DNA from: Candidatus Obscuribacteraceae bacterium
Lineage (GTDB): Bacteria; Cyanobacteriota; Vampirovibrionia; Obscuribacterales; Obscuribacteraceae
Direction: 5' to 3'
DNA length: 64,000 nt
Assembly (NCBI GenBank): GCA_044229845.1
Contig: JBGASG010000012.1
Span: 1-64,000, forward strand
The translations under genes and the position numbers were made by a program. This document shows, piece by piece, positions 36,201 to 44,920 of the stretch (positions are counted from its first letter, which is position 1; every line of letters starts with the position of its first letter). The notes below the pieces were generated by a model. That model worked only from the letters and a program-made list of their open reading frames with translations. It did no database searches and was not told where the DNA came from.

Positions 36201-38759
36201 CCGCTCGATGGCAGCATTAGCGCGCCGCATGTCGTAAGAGCTGGTGACGTTGCCTTGCGCATCTATTGAATAGACCCGTCCCATGTAAGTCCAGTTGTCG
36301 AAGCCGAGACTGGAGTCGCGCACCACTTTGCCCGAGGCATCCGTGTATTCGCCTAAATGAGTAGCGCGATCTTCCCCGACGGCGGCACTGTAGACCACTT
36401 CGCCTTTGTCATTCTTGGTGCGACCGAGTTCAGTGACAAACGTCTGTCCGGCCCAGCCATTGCCCTGCCCAGCCTTGTCGGCTACGTTGTGAGCACCAAT
36501 CACCGGGTCGTAAGTGCCGTCCGGCTGAATGCCGGCTTGCGCGACAGTGTCCAGAACCTGACCGATGTTCTTGCGTGCTTCTGCGAGTTGTTCGGGGGTG
36601 AGCTTTCCGGCTTCGTCTGTGGCTTTCAGCTCATCGGCAGACTGCACCAGCCCGCCGCGCAACATACATTCGCTACCGGTGCAGGCGCTGGGCGGCTCCC
36701 CGGGCTTAGAACCATAGACCAGGGCTGTCTCGATGAAACGCCCAAAACTGCCGGCACCCGCTGATTGTATGTTGTCTATAGCTTCTTCGAGGGTTTCCCC
36801 CCACTTCTTCGTTTCAACGGCGCCGCGATCGACGTCGTTGTCGCCCAACGCTTCGTAGAAATCGATGCCATCAGCGCCGCAACCAAAGCCTATTCGGCAG
36901 GTGTTTCGCAGAAAGTCGCGTTTGTTGCCGCCGGCCAGCAGTTCGGCCAGTTCGTGCGCGTGGTCGGCATCGCCTTTTTTATAACGCTCTGCAGCATCGC
37001 CCATGTCAGAGGCCAGCGCTTTTTCCAACTCTTTGGTGGCGCCCTTCCAGTCGCCCAAGAAACTGAGTGCAGCCGCGCTCACCCACGCTTTCGTGCCCTC
37101 GTCCATGCGCTTTTTCGCATCACCGCGCCCGCCGCGAATGAAGTCGGCAATGCCTCGAGCCAGATCACCACCACCGAAGTCTTTGAATTCTTCGGCACCA
37201 GATACGGCACTGTTACCGAGTCCGTATTCACCCAGGTTTTTGACGGCGTGTTCGAACTTGGCAGCGATATCGATGGTTTTCTTGCCGCCTAATTTGCTGA
37301 TGGTGTGGAAGCCTTCCAGCAGGTCACCATGGCCCGCATCGGCTAAAAGAGCCACAGCTCGGTCGACGGAGCCGTCACCGAGTCGTTTCACCACATCGCC
37401 GCTAATCTTCTTGGGTTTTGAGGCTCTTCGTTCGCCATCGACATATTTGGCGGTCTCGATCGTCAGAGCGCCTTTGTCGACTGTTAAGACTATCTCGCCA
37501 TTCTTCTTGTCGCCGTTGATAAAGGACTCGCGAGTGGTTTTGGACTCGCCACCCATTTTTACGTCGCTGGTGGTTTTCTCAAGCAGCTTGCCCTTCGAAT
37601 CCCGCTTGAAATGAACGTCGTGAGATGTACCGGCAACGAAGTCCGCATCATGCGTGCGCACCAGGTTTTTCTTTTCGGCATCGCTGTATGTTTGCGTATG
37701 AGAGGCAATCAGTTTGCCGGTCGCAGGGTCGTACTGGTTCTGAACGTCCTTGTATTCAGGCTTTCCTTTCAGTCCATCTTGGCGCATGATGCTCTGGGTG
37801 GCGACTTGTTTCTTGCCGTTCACCTCTATGTAGGTGTAGTTGAGCCGCTCTTCATGCAGTGTCTCGCCTTTGGCATTCTTCCTCAGATTGTGGACGCTGG
37901 CGCGATCTGAGCTGTCGCCGTCATACGCAATTGTGGTGGTATCAGTGCCAAGCGGCTTGCCGAGGGCGTCTTTGAGTTCACTGGTGCTGCTGACCAACCG
38001 ACCCTTCTCGTCATACTTATAGTCGGTGGTCTCTTTCGTCAGCTCTGCCCGCTTCTTGCAGCGCTCATTGAAAGTAGTGGTTTCAGATTTGGTTATCCGG
38101 TCTTTGTCGCCAAAGTGCTCATAACTATTGTGAGTTTCGCTTACACGCAGACCCTGCGAATCGAAACGACGCTTGAACTTCTCTTGCAGTTGCTGTTTGC
38201 CATCGACAATGTTGTAGAGGCGGAGCGTTTCAATCTCTACTTGATCTGGCTTGCCGTCAGCGTATTCGAGAAACTTCTCGGCAATGATGTTGCCTTTGTC
38301 GTCGTACTTCGCATAGTCGGTTTCGGTGCGCACGCCACTTTCATCAAACACGTGCGTGCGCTGGGCTTCGAGTTTGCCCTTCGCATCGTACTTGAAGGCA
38401 TGATCTTCGACCAGGTCACCGGCTGTCGAATAAAGTCGCTGTGCGACCTTGACGCCATTGATGTAGATGGTGCGGACTTCGTGCTCGCCTTCATATGTGA
38501 CCTCTGTGCGATCAGGACCCGTGCCCTGGGGCGGCTCGTCGCCTTCGAAGAAACCCTTATCGTCGAAACTCGCGGAGGCTGCCTGCGCCTGTGACAGAGT
38601 CTCGTGATCGTGGTCGTGATGGCATACGCCGGCTTCGTCGTCATCATCCTCATAGGCGGATGCCTGAAGGCTATCCGAACTGCCTTCGCTGACCTCCTCA
38701 TCTTCGTCGACGGGCGGCTCTTCTTCTAAATGCTCGTGTTTGTTCTTATCGTCGACCAC
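33276..38759 (-). CDS. Giant hypothetical protein (1827 aa): acidic N-terminus, YD-like beta repeats, Gly-rich helical repeats, C-terminal LysM-like module
   Basis: Uninterrupted ORF; FKYDAKGKL, KYDDKGNI, YKYDEKGRL, QYDPATGKL repeats; PTWLVRANEDLAALAEHLFRDAKLGWLIADLN near the C-terminus. Confidence 0.8.
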   Translation of the reverse strand: MVDDKNKHEHLEEEPPVDEDEEVSEGSSDSLQASAYEDDDDEAGVCHHDHDHETLSQAQAASASFDDKGFFEGDEPPQGTGPDRTEVTYEGEHEVRTIYINGVKVAQRLYSTAGDLVEDHAFKYDAKGKLEAQRTHVFDESGVRTETDYAKYDDKGNIIAEKFLEYADGKPDQVEIETLRLYNIVDGKQQLQEKFKRRFDSQGLRVSETHNSYEHFGDKDRITKSETTTFNERCKKRAELTKETTDYKYDEKGRLVSSTSELKDALGKPLGTDTTTIAYDGDSSDRASVHNLRKNAKGETLHEERLNYTYIEVNGKKQVATQSIMRQDGLKGKPEYKDVQNQYDPATGKLIASHTQTYSDAEKKNLVRTHDADFVAGTSHDVHFKRDSKGKLLEKTTSDVKMGGESKTTRESFINGDKKNGEIVLTVDKGALTIETAKYVDGERRASKPKKISGDVVKRLGDGSVDRAVALLADAGHGDLLEGFHTISKLGGKKTIDIAAKFEHAVKNLGEYGLGNSAVSGAEEFKDFGGGDLARGIADFIRGGRGDAKKRMDEGTKAWVSAAALSFLGDWKGATKELEKALASDMGDAAERYKKGDADHAHELAELLAGGNKRDFLRNTCRIGFGCGADGIDFYEALGDNDVDRGAVETKKWGETLEEAIDNIQSAGAGSFGRFIETALVYGSKPGEPPSACTGSECMLRGGLVQSADELKATDEAGKLTPEQLAEARKNIGQVLDTVAQAGIQPDGTYDPVIGAHNVADKAGQGNGWAGQTFVTELGRTKNDKGEVVYSAAVGEDRATHLGEYTDASGKVVRDSSLGFDNWTYMGRVYSIDAQGNVTSSYDMRRANAAIERLGRNNNGAEPLEVGVQTSLELTASIDASGQKTTDARNMQRVIDVAGDRAAIEAMVRDGVLPPGTYNFTDRATTNLERIASPDGKKPGLASDAPAILLQTHEGPYGEYTIGPSGYPRSVERSLLSVQNAGNGPPQYRTIEDGITNTASFVPEGRTQNFLTGAGYVAGMSDKRDSYDAGVRATQSFSATQQFNEGAAVVRDVIGRNNQGQDNLVNGIDQVQRAARATTGGNVEQLGRVVVAAGGGDGRVGAQAVINSGQNGTFVDGARVLKAAIAPPDGKLNETDVAMVATAGNGNLNAGLARLSASNQDGNVRQALDRLQAMPIAQQETALASMRATSAELGFKPAIPATDVKATADSTTEHATSGQPVRLDGKPAAPSAGALPGESVASVKFPPGEMIGWRVNDFSGSFMMPDPSAVTRSGGSATPGDARRTGETPAGTDPLKPGDKAALAAAELQRIKQNLVEAARAAEEEIRRVENAVKKYVKSAGDERAAGTDALLKFARIVPGKDDSAILWRDSNRTHAILMAATWAAAEGGIAGARGGRYRAFEQTETEKEIFRRMAGAVLNVADILQDPSFRRTLSGALSASDAARSSITIANAAFGALKVSDIRSAGANVTGSANVHLSHFGGGTKFFEAVGHRWDGSSFNGRYVAAASDRPLAQSVTRAQLPLVGPGGVGQIRLDNGLVVPIARRFPVRGAAGEIGPLTGTLYFANARALRGKKKDLLLIGPELALAALFISAGIARARGQKGNTPEVAADVPATKAQELARTTAQQAKQIGRYRALVRPTWLVRANEDLAALAEHLFRDAKLGWLIADLNAPFTNEIYEGGKRIVELRVRQKIELPVWQDIVDFHERKIEFDIENLVTVVTESAVQNELMQTALASVMGVAAAPATTAVIPAMQPALQGGLQPALAAVVVNVDTGAPDNPVGPLIALPVLAKLKAKAQLRGPKDPTAVATVADESQTPVLNPKFA

Positions 38760-38876
38760 AACCGAAATTACCTGGCCAGGTACAAGGGGTAGAGGAGTTC
38801 CCTCGGGTGCGCATTGACACTATTCCTCGATTCCGTGCAAATGTCGTGAAATCGAAGTGGCAAATTTGTGAAACGC

Positions 38877-39950
38877 CTAGTTCGAGCCAGGACTGAGTTT
38901 GCGCCGCTCGTTGCGGTCGATTGCCATCTGTAGCGAGTCAATGACCGCTCGGTTGATCTCCCAACGGTCGTTCAGCTCTGCGGCTATGTCTTGCGCCTCG
39001 TCCAGTTTTCGGTCTACCTCGGCGCCTTGCTGACCTTGCAAGACTGGAATGATTGCCAGCACGATAGCTGCCTTCTTATGATAACGGGAATCTAGACTGA
39101 CATCGCCATTTCTCTCAGACGGGTTCGCTCCGGTCATACGCGCAAGCTTGCTGCACGCTTTATCGATGTCGCCCGCTATTACTTGATGCAAGGCTTCATC
39201 AAATTCCCTACCAATCCCATACCCTTCATACACTCTTCGGTGAAAGAAGCTCCAACGATCCGCTTTGTCGCGGTACTTTCTAACTGCCCCAGTATCCCCC
39301 AGTTTGGAGTTAACTGCGATTGCTGTGGCATAGAAGTCGTCCATCGGACCGGTTAACACATCAATGGTTTTCACGCGATCGTCCATTTCCCTGATGAGAT
39401 CGGCTGCCTCTCTGTATTCATTGCGCCTTTGATAGTAGTCGAACAATTTCTTGCATCGTGGATCCCACGGCAACACATGCACGTCGTCCATCATAACTTG
39501 ATGCAACACGGCCAGAGCACGGTCGTCCTGACCAGTAAAGAACAAGGCCTCCGACAGGTTGTTACGGGCCATCTTCAGCCGGCGGTTATCCATCAAGAGC
39601 TCGGCGCGGCGCAACCGCAGCTCCAGTTTTGTCAGCCATTCTTTTTGCCTGGCTGGTTCCTCGTTTGCAAACTGACTCTGCCGAAAAACTTCATCCGGAC
39701 CAATCCAGGTATTCACAAAGGCGACTGCCATGGCAAATACCACCATTGTCAGAAAGAATGAATGGCTGAACCATCCTTTTTTGTTCTTGGAAGAGTCCGG
39801 CGGATTTTGAACCGCACTGGCGCCTGGAAGAGAAACGCCTTCGGCGTCCCCGCTGGTGAGAACGTTGGTATTCGGCGCGGTTTCGGCCGCGTCTGCGATG
39901 AAGCTGGTGTCGTCCTGCAGTCGCGGCGATGTCGGCTCTTCAGTCGGCAA
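38877..39950 (-). CDS. Single-TM protein with TPR-like helical domain (paralog A)
   Basis: Start set at TTG 39950 by similarity to paralog B; KKGWFSHSFFLTMVVFAM TM segment. Confidence 0.72.
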   Translation of the reverse strand: MPTEEPTSPRLQDDTSFIADAAETAPNTNVLTSGDAEGVSLPGASAVQNPPDSSKNKKGWFSHSFFLTMVVFAMAVAFVNTWIGPDEVFRQSQFANEEPARQKEWLTKLELRLRRAELLMDNRRLKMARNNLSEALFFTGQDDRALAVLHQVMMDDVHVLPWDPRCKKLFDYYQRRNEYREAADLIREMDDRVKTIDVLTGPMDDFYATAIAVNSKLGDTGAVRKYRDKADRWSFFHRRVYEGYGIGREFDEALHQVIAGDIDKACSKLARMTGANPSERNGDVSLDSRYHKKAAIVLAIIPVLQGQQGAEVDRKLDEAQDIAAELNDRWEINRAVIDSLQMAIDRNERRKLSPGSN

Positions 39951-39996
39951 TTCATCACCCCCTAAAATGTAGAGAGAGTGGGCAATTTCAGATTGA

Positions 39997-41082
39997 TTAT
40001 TGCAGTTTCTGCACCTCGTTTCTCTCCATAGCAGCATATAGCGCTTCGAGAGTCGCTCGAATGGCGCCGTCTGACTGTCCGAGAAGCTCGAGTTGCTCCT
40101 TCGCGTCATTTAGTCCTTTATCCACGTCAGGTGAATGCTTGTGCTCTAGAACGGGCAATATTGCCAACATCGCTTTCGCTCTGATCGAGTGATCGTGATC
40201 GAACCGCTGGTCCCAGCGCCGTTGCGCTCCATCCGCATGGTCCGACAGGGGATTGGCGAGTCGCTCAAGCTCTTTCTGGGCTTTGCCATAATTTCCATCC
40301 AAGAGGTCCCGGCAGGCTTGGTTGAAATCCAACCCGTTTCCCCATTGCGTCACCTGATGCGGCACCAGATCCCAGCGGTCGACCTTGTCCCGGTATCTTT
40401 GTGCCTCCGCCTCATCGCCCAGTTTTCTATTGACTGCGGCGGCATGCTTGTAGAACTCGTCCGTCGGGCCGATCAGAACAGCTGAACTGATCATCTCGGC
40501 GTCAATGTCCTTCATCAGGTTAGCTTCTTGACGATACATTTGACTTTGCTCGTACATATTGAGCAGCGCCTTGTACTTGGGATTCCATGGGGTCTTGAAG
40601 TCGCTGTTCTCCACATCTGACGCAATCAACGGCAAAACCCGGTTGTTCTCTTTCATGAAAAGCAGTGCTTCGGCAAGGCTTTCACGAGCAGTGCTGATGC
40701 GTTTGCGATCCATTAAAAGCTCGGCGCGGCGCAGACGGAGCACCAGCTTTGTAATCAGTTCTTGCTGCCGCGCGGGCTCTTCGCCCGCCAGTTCATGGGA
40801 GACAAATCGGTTGTCTGGTCCAATCCACGTGTTGACGGCTGACATGCACATGGCGAAGGTGACCATGACGAGAAAAAAGGTGTGGCTGAACCAGCCCTTC
40901 TTGGGAGGTGCCGGCGCGGAGAAAGACTCAGATGCGCACGACTCCTGGGCAGGCGGCGCGGCGATACCGGACGGACCACCTTCCGCTTCCTCACACGGTC
41001 CCGAGCCATCGAGGGAAGCCGATTCGTCGCGGCTGGCGGCATCTTGTAATTGCGGGGTGGTTATGGGCTCTTCAGTCGACAC
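39997..41082 (-). CDS. Single-TM protein with TPR-like helical domain (paralog B)
   Basis: Shares TEEP, KKGWFSH.FFL, VNTWIGPD, EEPARQ, LRLRRAELLMD, YRDK.DRW with paralog A. Confidence 0.72.
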   Translation of the reverse strand: MSTEEPITTPQLQDAASRDESASLDGSGPCEEAEGGPSGIAAPPAQESCASESFSAPAPPKKGWFSHTFFLVMVTFAMCMSAVNTWIGPDNRFVSHELAGEEPARQQELITKLVLRLRRAELLMDRKRISTARESLAEALLFMKENNRVLPLIASDVENSDFKTPWNPKYKALLNMYEQSQMYRQEANLMKDIDAEMISSAVLIGPTDEFYKHAAAVNRKLGDEAEAQRYRDKVDRWDLVPHQVTQWGNGLDFNQACRDLLDGNYGKAQKELERLANPLSDHADGAQRRWDQRFDHDHSIRAKAMLAILPVLEHKHSPDVDKGLNDAKEQLELLGQSDGAIRATLEALYAAMERNEVQKLQ

Positions 41083-41170
41083 ATCTTTGTTCCGGATTCG
41101 GTGTGGACGAAGCGACACTCTGATTATGCCATGAGGGGCATATAACAAATGACAGCGATTTCTGGCACTT

Positions 41171-42196
41171 ATGAGCACCGACAAACCCACCTTGAAGACT
41201 GCAGCGCCAGCCCATCCCGAAAAGGATGCAGTGGCTGGGAAATTGCTGGCTGGCGCCGGCCCATCGGTGTTTCAAATTCAGACCGAAACCGAAAATGGTA
41301 CCGGCTGGATGGTAAAACCCGGAGTGATCGTCACTGACTACCATGTCATCAAAGGCAATCAGGAAATTAAAGCTGTCGCCAGCGACGGCACAATCTTGCG
41401 CACGGCTTCCAGCAGTCTAATGAACCCGAGCGACAAGACCTTTTCGGTCGGCTGGAAAAGCGGACTCGGTCTGGATATCTACCCCGGCACATATGTCGGC
41501 TACACCGATAAGCCCTATTACTCGCCCTTCGGGCGCCAAAGCGGCTCTGCCGGCAATCTCCTCGGCGGGGCACGCCAGTGGGTGCACTTGCAAAACAACG
41601 CGGGGCGAGGCATGTCGGGTGGTCCCGATTTGAATGCGGCTGGCGAAGTGGTGAGCGTCGTGGACCGGGCTTATGGTGACCAGGAAGGGCAGGCACTGTC
41701 GAACCCGATTGAGTATGTGAAGGAGATGTCTGACCATCCAGAACGATTTCGCATGACTGAGGGTGCTTATGAAAATGGCTTTCAGGCGCTGCCTCACTTT
41801 GTGACATCGCGTCCCTTGCACGCCGGTGTGTATGGCACCGCGTACGGGTTGGGCATCACCGGTGGTGCGCGATTTGGATTGACCGAGGGCCCTCTTTCAA
41901 TCAAGCGAGGGCTGGGGGGCGCGCTGGCGGCGACCGTGCTCGGGGTGCGCACCTGGCAGGACGTGAACGGCCTGGTCAATTCCGCCAATGCAGGGGACCA
42001 GTGGAAGTATGGAGTTGCCACCGGATTTGATGCCACCATGGCTGTGGGATTAGTCACATCTGCACTTAGCCGCCGCGTACCGGGACTGGCGCTGGCATCG
42101 CGCATACTGATCGGCACCGGCCTGGCAGGCCGCATCGGAGCCGAGTTGATTCCAAATCGCTTTGTAGTAGATACCGGCGACGACAAGATCGGCTAG
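41171..42196 (+). CDS. Trypsin-like serine protease domain with hydrophobic Gly-rich C-terminus; catalytic Asp segment appears deleted
   Basis: GTGW, VTDYHV (His58), GMSGGP (Ser149), LNAAGEVV; no DLA-type motif between His and Ser. Confidence 0.7.
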   Translation: MSTDKPTLKTAAPAHPEKDAVAGKLLAGAGPSVFQIQTETENGTGWMVKPGVIVTDYHVIKGNQEIKAVASDGTILRTASSSLMNPSDKTFSVGWKSGLGLDIYPGTYVGYTDKPYYSPFGRQSGSAGNLLGGARQWVHLQNNAGRGMSGGPDLNAAGEVVSVVDRAYGDQEGQALSNPIEYVKEMSDHPERFRMTEGAYENGFQALPHFVTSRPLHAGVYGTAYGLGITGGARFGLTEGPLSIKRGLGGALAATVLGVRTWQDVNGLVNSANAGDQWKYGVATGFDATMAVGLVTSALSRRVPGLALASRILIGTGLAGRIGAELIPNRFVVDTGDDKIG

Positions 42197-42213
42197 GAGA
42201 GGACGCCGTATTG

Positions 42214-42376
42214 CGACTGCGGTTTTGTCAAGGAAACCGCACAGAAACTTGTCAAAACTGCCTTTCCACTGCGGTTCTGTCAACAGATCGGCTCAGAAAC
42301 TTGACAAAACCCTGCTCCGACTGCCGCTCTGTCAAGACACCGGCTCGATAAATTGACAAAAACGCGTCCGACAGCA
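42214..42376. repeat. Three degenerate ~52 bp tandem units with internal TGTCAA/TTGACA inverted arms
   Basis: CGACTGCGGTTTTGTCAA...AAACTTGTCAAAAC; CACTGCGGTTCTGTCAA...AAACTTGACAAAAC; CGACTGCCGCTCTGTCAA...AAATTGACAAAAAC. Confidence 0.75.
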
Positions 42377-42464
42377 GAACCGGTGATGCGTTGCGCCACA
42401 TACTGGTTTTTATAGTAGCTCAGGGGAAAGCGATAAGGACGGGGGCGCGCGTTTGTTAGAACGC

Positions 42465-42885
42465 CAATCTTCTCGAAGCCGCGCGGCGCCAGGTGGCCGG
42501 AGTTCCAGAGACTGGCCCCCAGCTGCTCGCCGTTCACTTCTTCGTCGATGCGCGATAAGAGAACCCGCCGACCAGTCGGTGGGCTCAAAGCCGCCACCAA
42601 CAGCCCATGATACTTGCGCGTGTTGGCACCGAAAATGGTGCCGGACGCGTAAGAACCCAGGCCGTTGGTGATCAGCCACTCGCGCTCATCACTTCCGTCC
42701 AGCCTCGACACATCCGCAAGCGGAAGATCGAGGGCTTCGTTGCTGTTGCCCAGCTGGTTTGCCAACCAGGCGGCCAGGTTTAAAGCGATGTCAGAGGACT
42801 CCAGGAAGTATTCTAGGCGAACCTGCACCACCCTGGTGGGCGGTGCAGGTTCACTGTGAGCAGTTGACTGCGAGGGCGACGCCAA
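42465..42885 (-). pseudogene. Glycogen debranching enzyme N-terminal domain fragment
   Basis: REWLITNGLGSYASGT...TRKYHGLLVAALSPP.GRRVLLSRIDE. Homology stops at about GFEKI and the frame runs into the repeat region; there is no C-terminal catalytic domain. Confidence 0.75.
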
Positions 42886-42927
42886 CGCAGCAGAAGTTGT
42901 CTGCGTGCGCCGCCCTCGTCAGGGACG

Positions 42928-43596
42928 TCAGGCAGCGCGACGGGACAGCATCATGCCGAGCAGCTGTCCGACTGCGAAGGCGCAGCAGACACCGGGCACG
43001 ATGGTCACGAAGGTGAACGTCTGGAACGTGGCGTACGCGCAGATCGTGCACAGCACCGTCATGATGCCGAACCCGATGTAGGTGCCGCTGCCGAAGCCCC
43101 AGCCCTTGAGCGTCGAACCGGGCAGCACGACGTTGCCCATGAAGAAACCGCTGATGGCGAGCGCCACAGCGGCAGTCCACAGGAACGGCGAGGCCATCAG
43201 GTACAAGCCGCCGAGCAGGTAGAGCGCGGCAAGCGTGACGCCGCTGAAGTCCTTGTCGCCGGCCTGGTCGCGGTCTTCCTGCTTGCCGAACGACCAGGTG
43301 AGGTGAGTCACTCGTTCGCTCTGCAGCGGGCGCTTGCGCACCACGACATCGGCATCGACGAGTGCCTTGGTCTGGAACTCGGCGACGCGATCGACCGGCA
43401 GAGCCACGACCAGCATGCGGCCGTCGTGTCCAACCAGGTTCATGTAGGCGTTGCGCCCGGTCGGACCGACGTAGGCAGTGACACCGGGACCGGTGGCCTT
43501 GCCCTTGTAGACGACGCGGTCGGACAACGACCAGATGAGGAAGAGCACCGCGGGCAGAGCCAGTGCCGCGATGATCAGGGGCAGTGTGAGAGTCAT
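42928..43596 (-). CDS. Hypothetical membrane protein
   Basis: N-terminal TM, small soluble domain, about 4 C-terminal TMs; AAGGG RBS. Confidence 0.75.
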   Translation of the reverse strand: MTLTLPLIIAALALPAVLFLIWSLSDRVVYKGKATGPGVTAYVGPTGRNAYMNLVGHDGRMLVVALPVDRVAEFQTKALVDADVVVRKRPLQSERVTHLTWSFGKQEDRDQAGDKDFSGVTLAALYLLGGLYLMASPFLWTAAVALAISGFFMGNVVLPGSTLKGWGFGSGTYIGFGIMTVLCTICAYATFQTFTFVTIVPGVCCAFAVGQLLGMMLSRRAA

Positions 43597-43709
43597 TGTA
43601 GTATGTCCCTTCTTGGTTTCAACACGCCATGCCTCGGCAGCGCACGCACGCAGCTCACCGAACAGACGGTGCGGCGGCGTACGGGCGCTGGGTTCGGCAC
43701 GAGCGCAGG

Positions 43710-44825
43710 CTATGTCGAGCGGTGGTGCAGCGGATACTTGCCGAGTCGATCGCGCACCAGCTGAACTCCGAGACCAGGCTCGGCTTCCAGCATGGTGGCG
43801 ACGAGAGCGGCAAGCTCCGGCGCCCGGAAGCTGATCGGACCGTCACCCGGCACCAGTACATCGGGCTTTTGCCCGACTTCCGCTTGACGCGGATTGTAAG
43901 TGCCGTGCTGCAGTCCGACCGCAATCACATCGGGAAACACTGCCGGCTCGACGACGAGCAGTGGGTCGACGTGACTGAGGAAGTAGGCGTGTTCGCTGTC
44001 TTGCGACCAGCAATGCCAGGCGATCGGTTCAGCGTCCTCACCACCTGTGGTGCTGCGGTTGCGTACCACGAGCGTGAATTCGCCGTCGCCTGCAATCTGA
44101 AACCGCAGCTGTTGCTTGCCGTTCCAGATGTTGGACACCAGTTGCCGCGAGTCGGACTCGTGCACCATGTGTCCCTGCTGGTTGTAGACCTCGAGCGACC
44201 ACTGGCGATCGTCTCCCGATTCGCGACGCACGTCGGCCCACAGATTGTAGGTCGCCGTTTGCCGCTGGAAGATTTTCACCTGGGTCTGTCCGCCGAAAGG
44301 CACACGCCAGGAGGCGTGAGCTGAGCGTCCATCACCAGCGCCGGCTGCAGCCACGATGATGTGGCCGCCGCCGGCGATGGCTTCAGACAGGCGACTGGCT
44401 TCCCAACCAGTGCCGTCCGCCGCGTGGCGGAAACCGCCAAACGAGCAGTTGGTGACGCTTTGCAGTGAACGAGCCCGGCAGATGCCGGTCGCCCACAGCA
44501 AAGCCTCAGTCCATCCGGGACGGACGATATTGCCACCGCAGAAAGTGGCATCGTATCCGCCCCATTGCGTGGTGATCAGCCCGTCGTCACCGAAGGCGCG
44601 CACGAGAATCACCGGGGCATCGGGAATGCGGTCGAGAAACTTCTCCAGCACGATGGTTCCGTGCCGGCCGGGGTCTCCCGCAAACGCATTGAGGACGTCG
44701 TCTGCAACCAGGGGCGCACCCTCCACTTGCAGTCCGGTTCGCAAATCGTACACGCCGATGACGTTGGCGCGACGAATGACGTCCCTCTCAAAACCGGAAT
44801 CTATGACGATGAAAGCAGTCTTCAT
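43710..44825 (-). CDS. Divergent cytoplasmic subtilase (S8-like)
   Basis: IVIDSG (Asp), RHGT (His), NCSFG, VAAAG, VIAVG, KPDVLVPG, ISFRAP (Ser); AGGAGGAG RBS. Confidence 0.75.
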   Translation of the reverse strand: MKTAFIVIDSGFERDVIRRANVIGVYDLRTGLQVEGAPLVADDVLNAFAGDPGRHGTIVLEKFLDRIPDAPVILVRAFGDDGLITTQWGGYDATFCGGNIVRPGWTEALLWATGICRARSLQSVTNCSFGGFRHAADGTGWEASRLSEAIAGGGHIIVAAAGAGDGRSAHASWRVPFGGQTQVKIFQRQTATYNLWADVRRESGDDRQWSLEVYNQQGHMVHESDSRQLVSNIWNGKQQLRFQIAGDGEFTLVVRNRSTTGGEDAEPIAWHCWSQDSEHAYFLSHVDPLLVVEPAVFPDVIAVGLQHGTYNPRQAEVGQKPDVLVPGDGPISFRAPELAALVATMLEAEPGLGVQLVRDRLGKYPLHHRST

Positions 44826-44920
44826 GTCACTCCTCCTTTTGTTGTTTCTCAAAAGAACAGTCGCGTCGCGCCTGGAGGCGAGACGGAGCAGTTTGTTGTG
44901 CGAGTTTCTTGCTTGCCTAG

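Noticed and set aside
33276..38759. Canonical RHS toxin
   Set aside because: No RHS core terminal motif or recognisable toxin tip, and no downstream immunity gene; kept only as YD-like.
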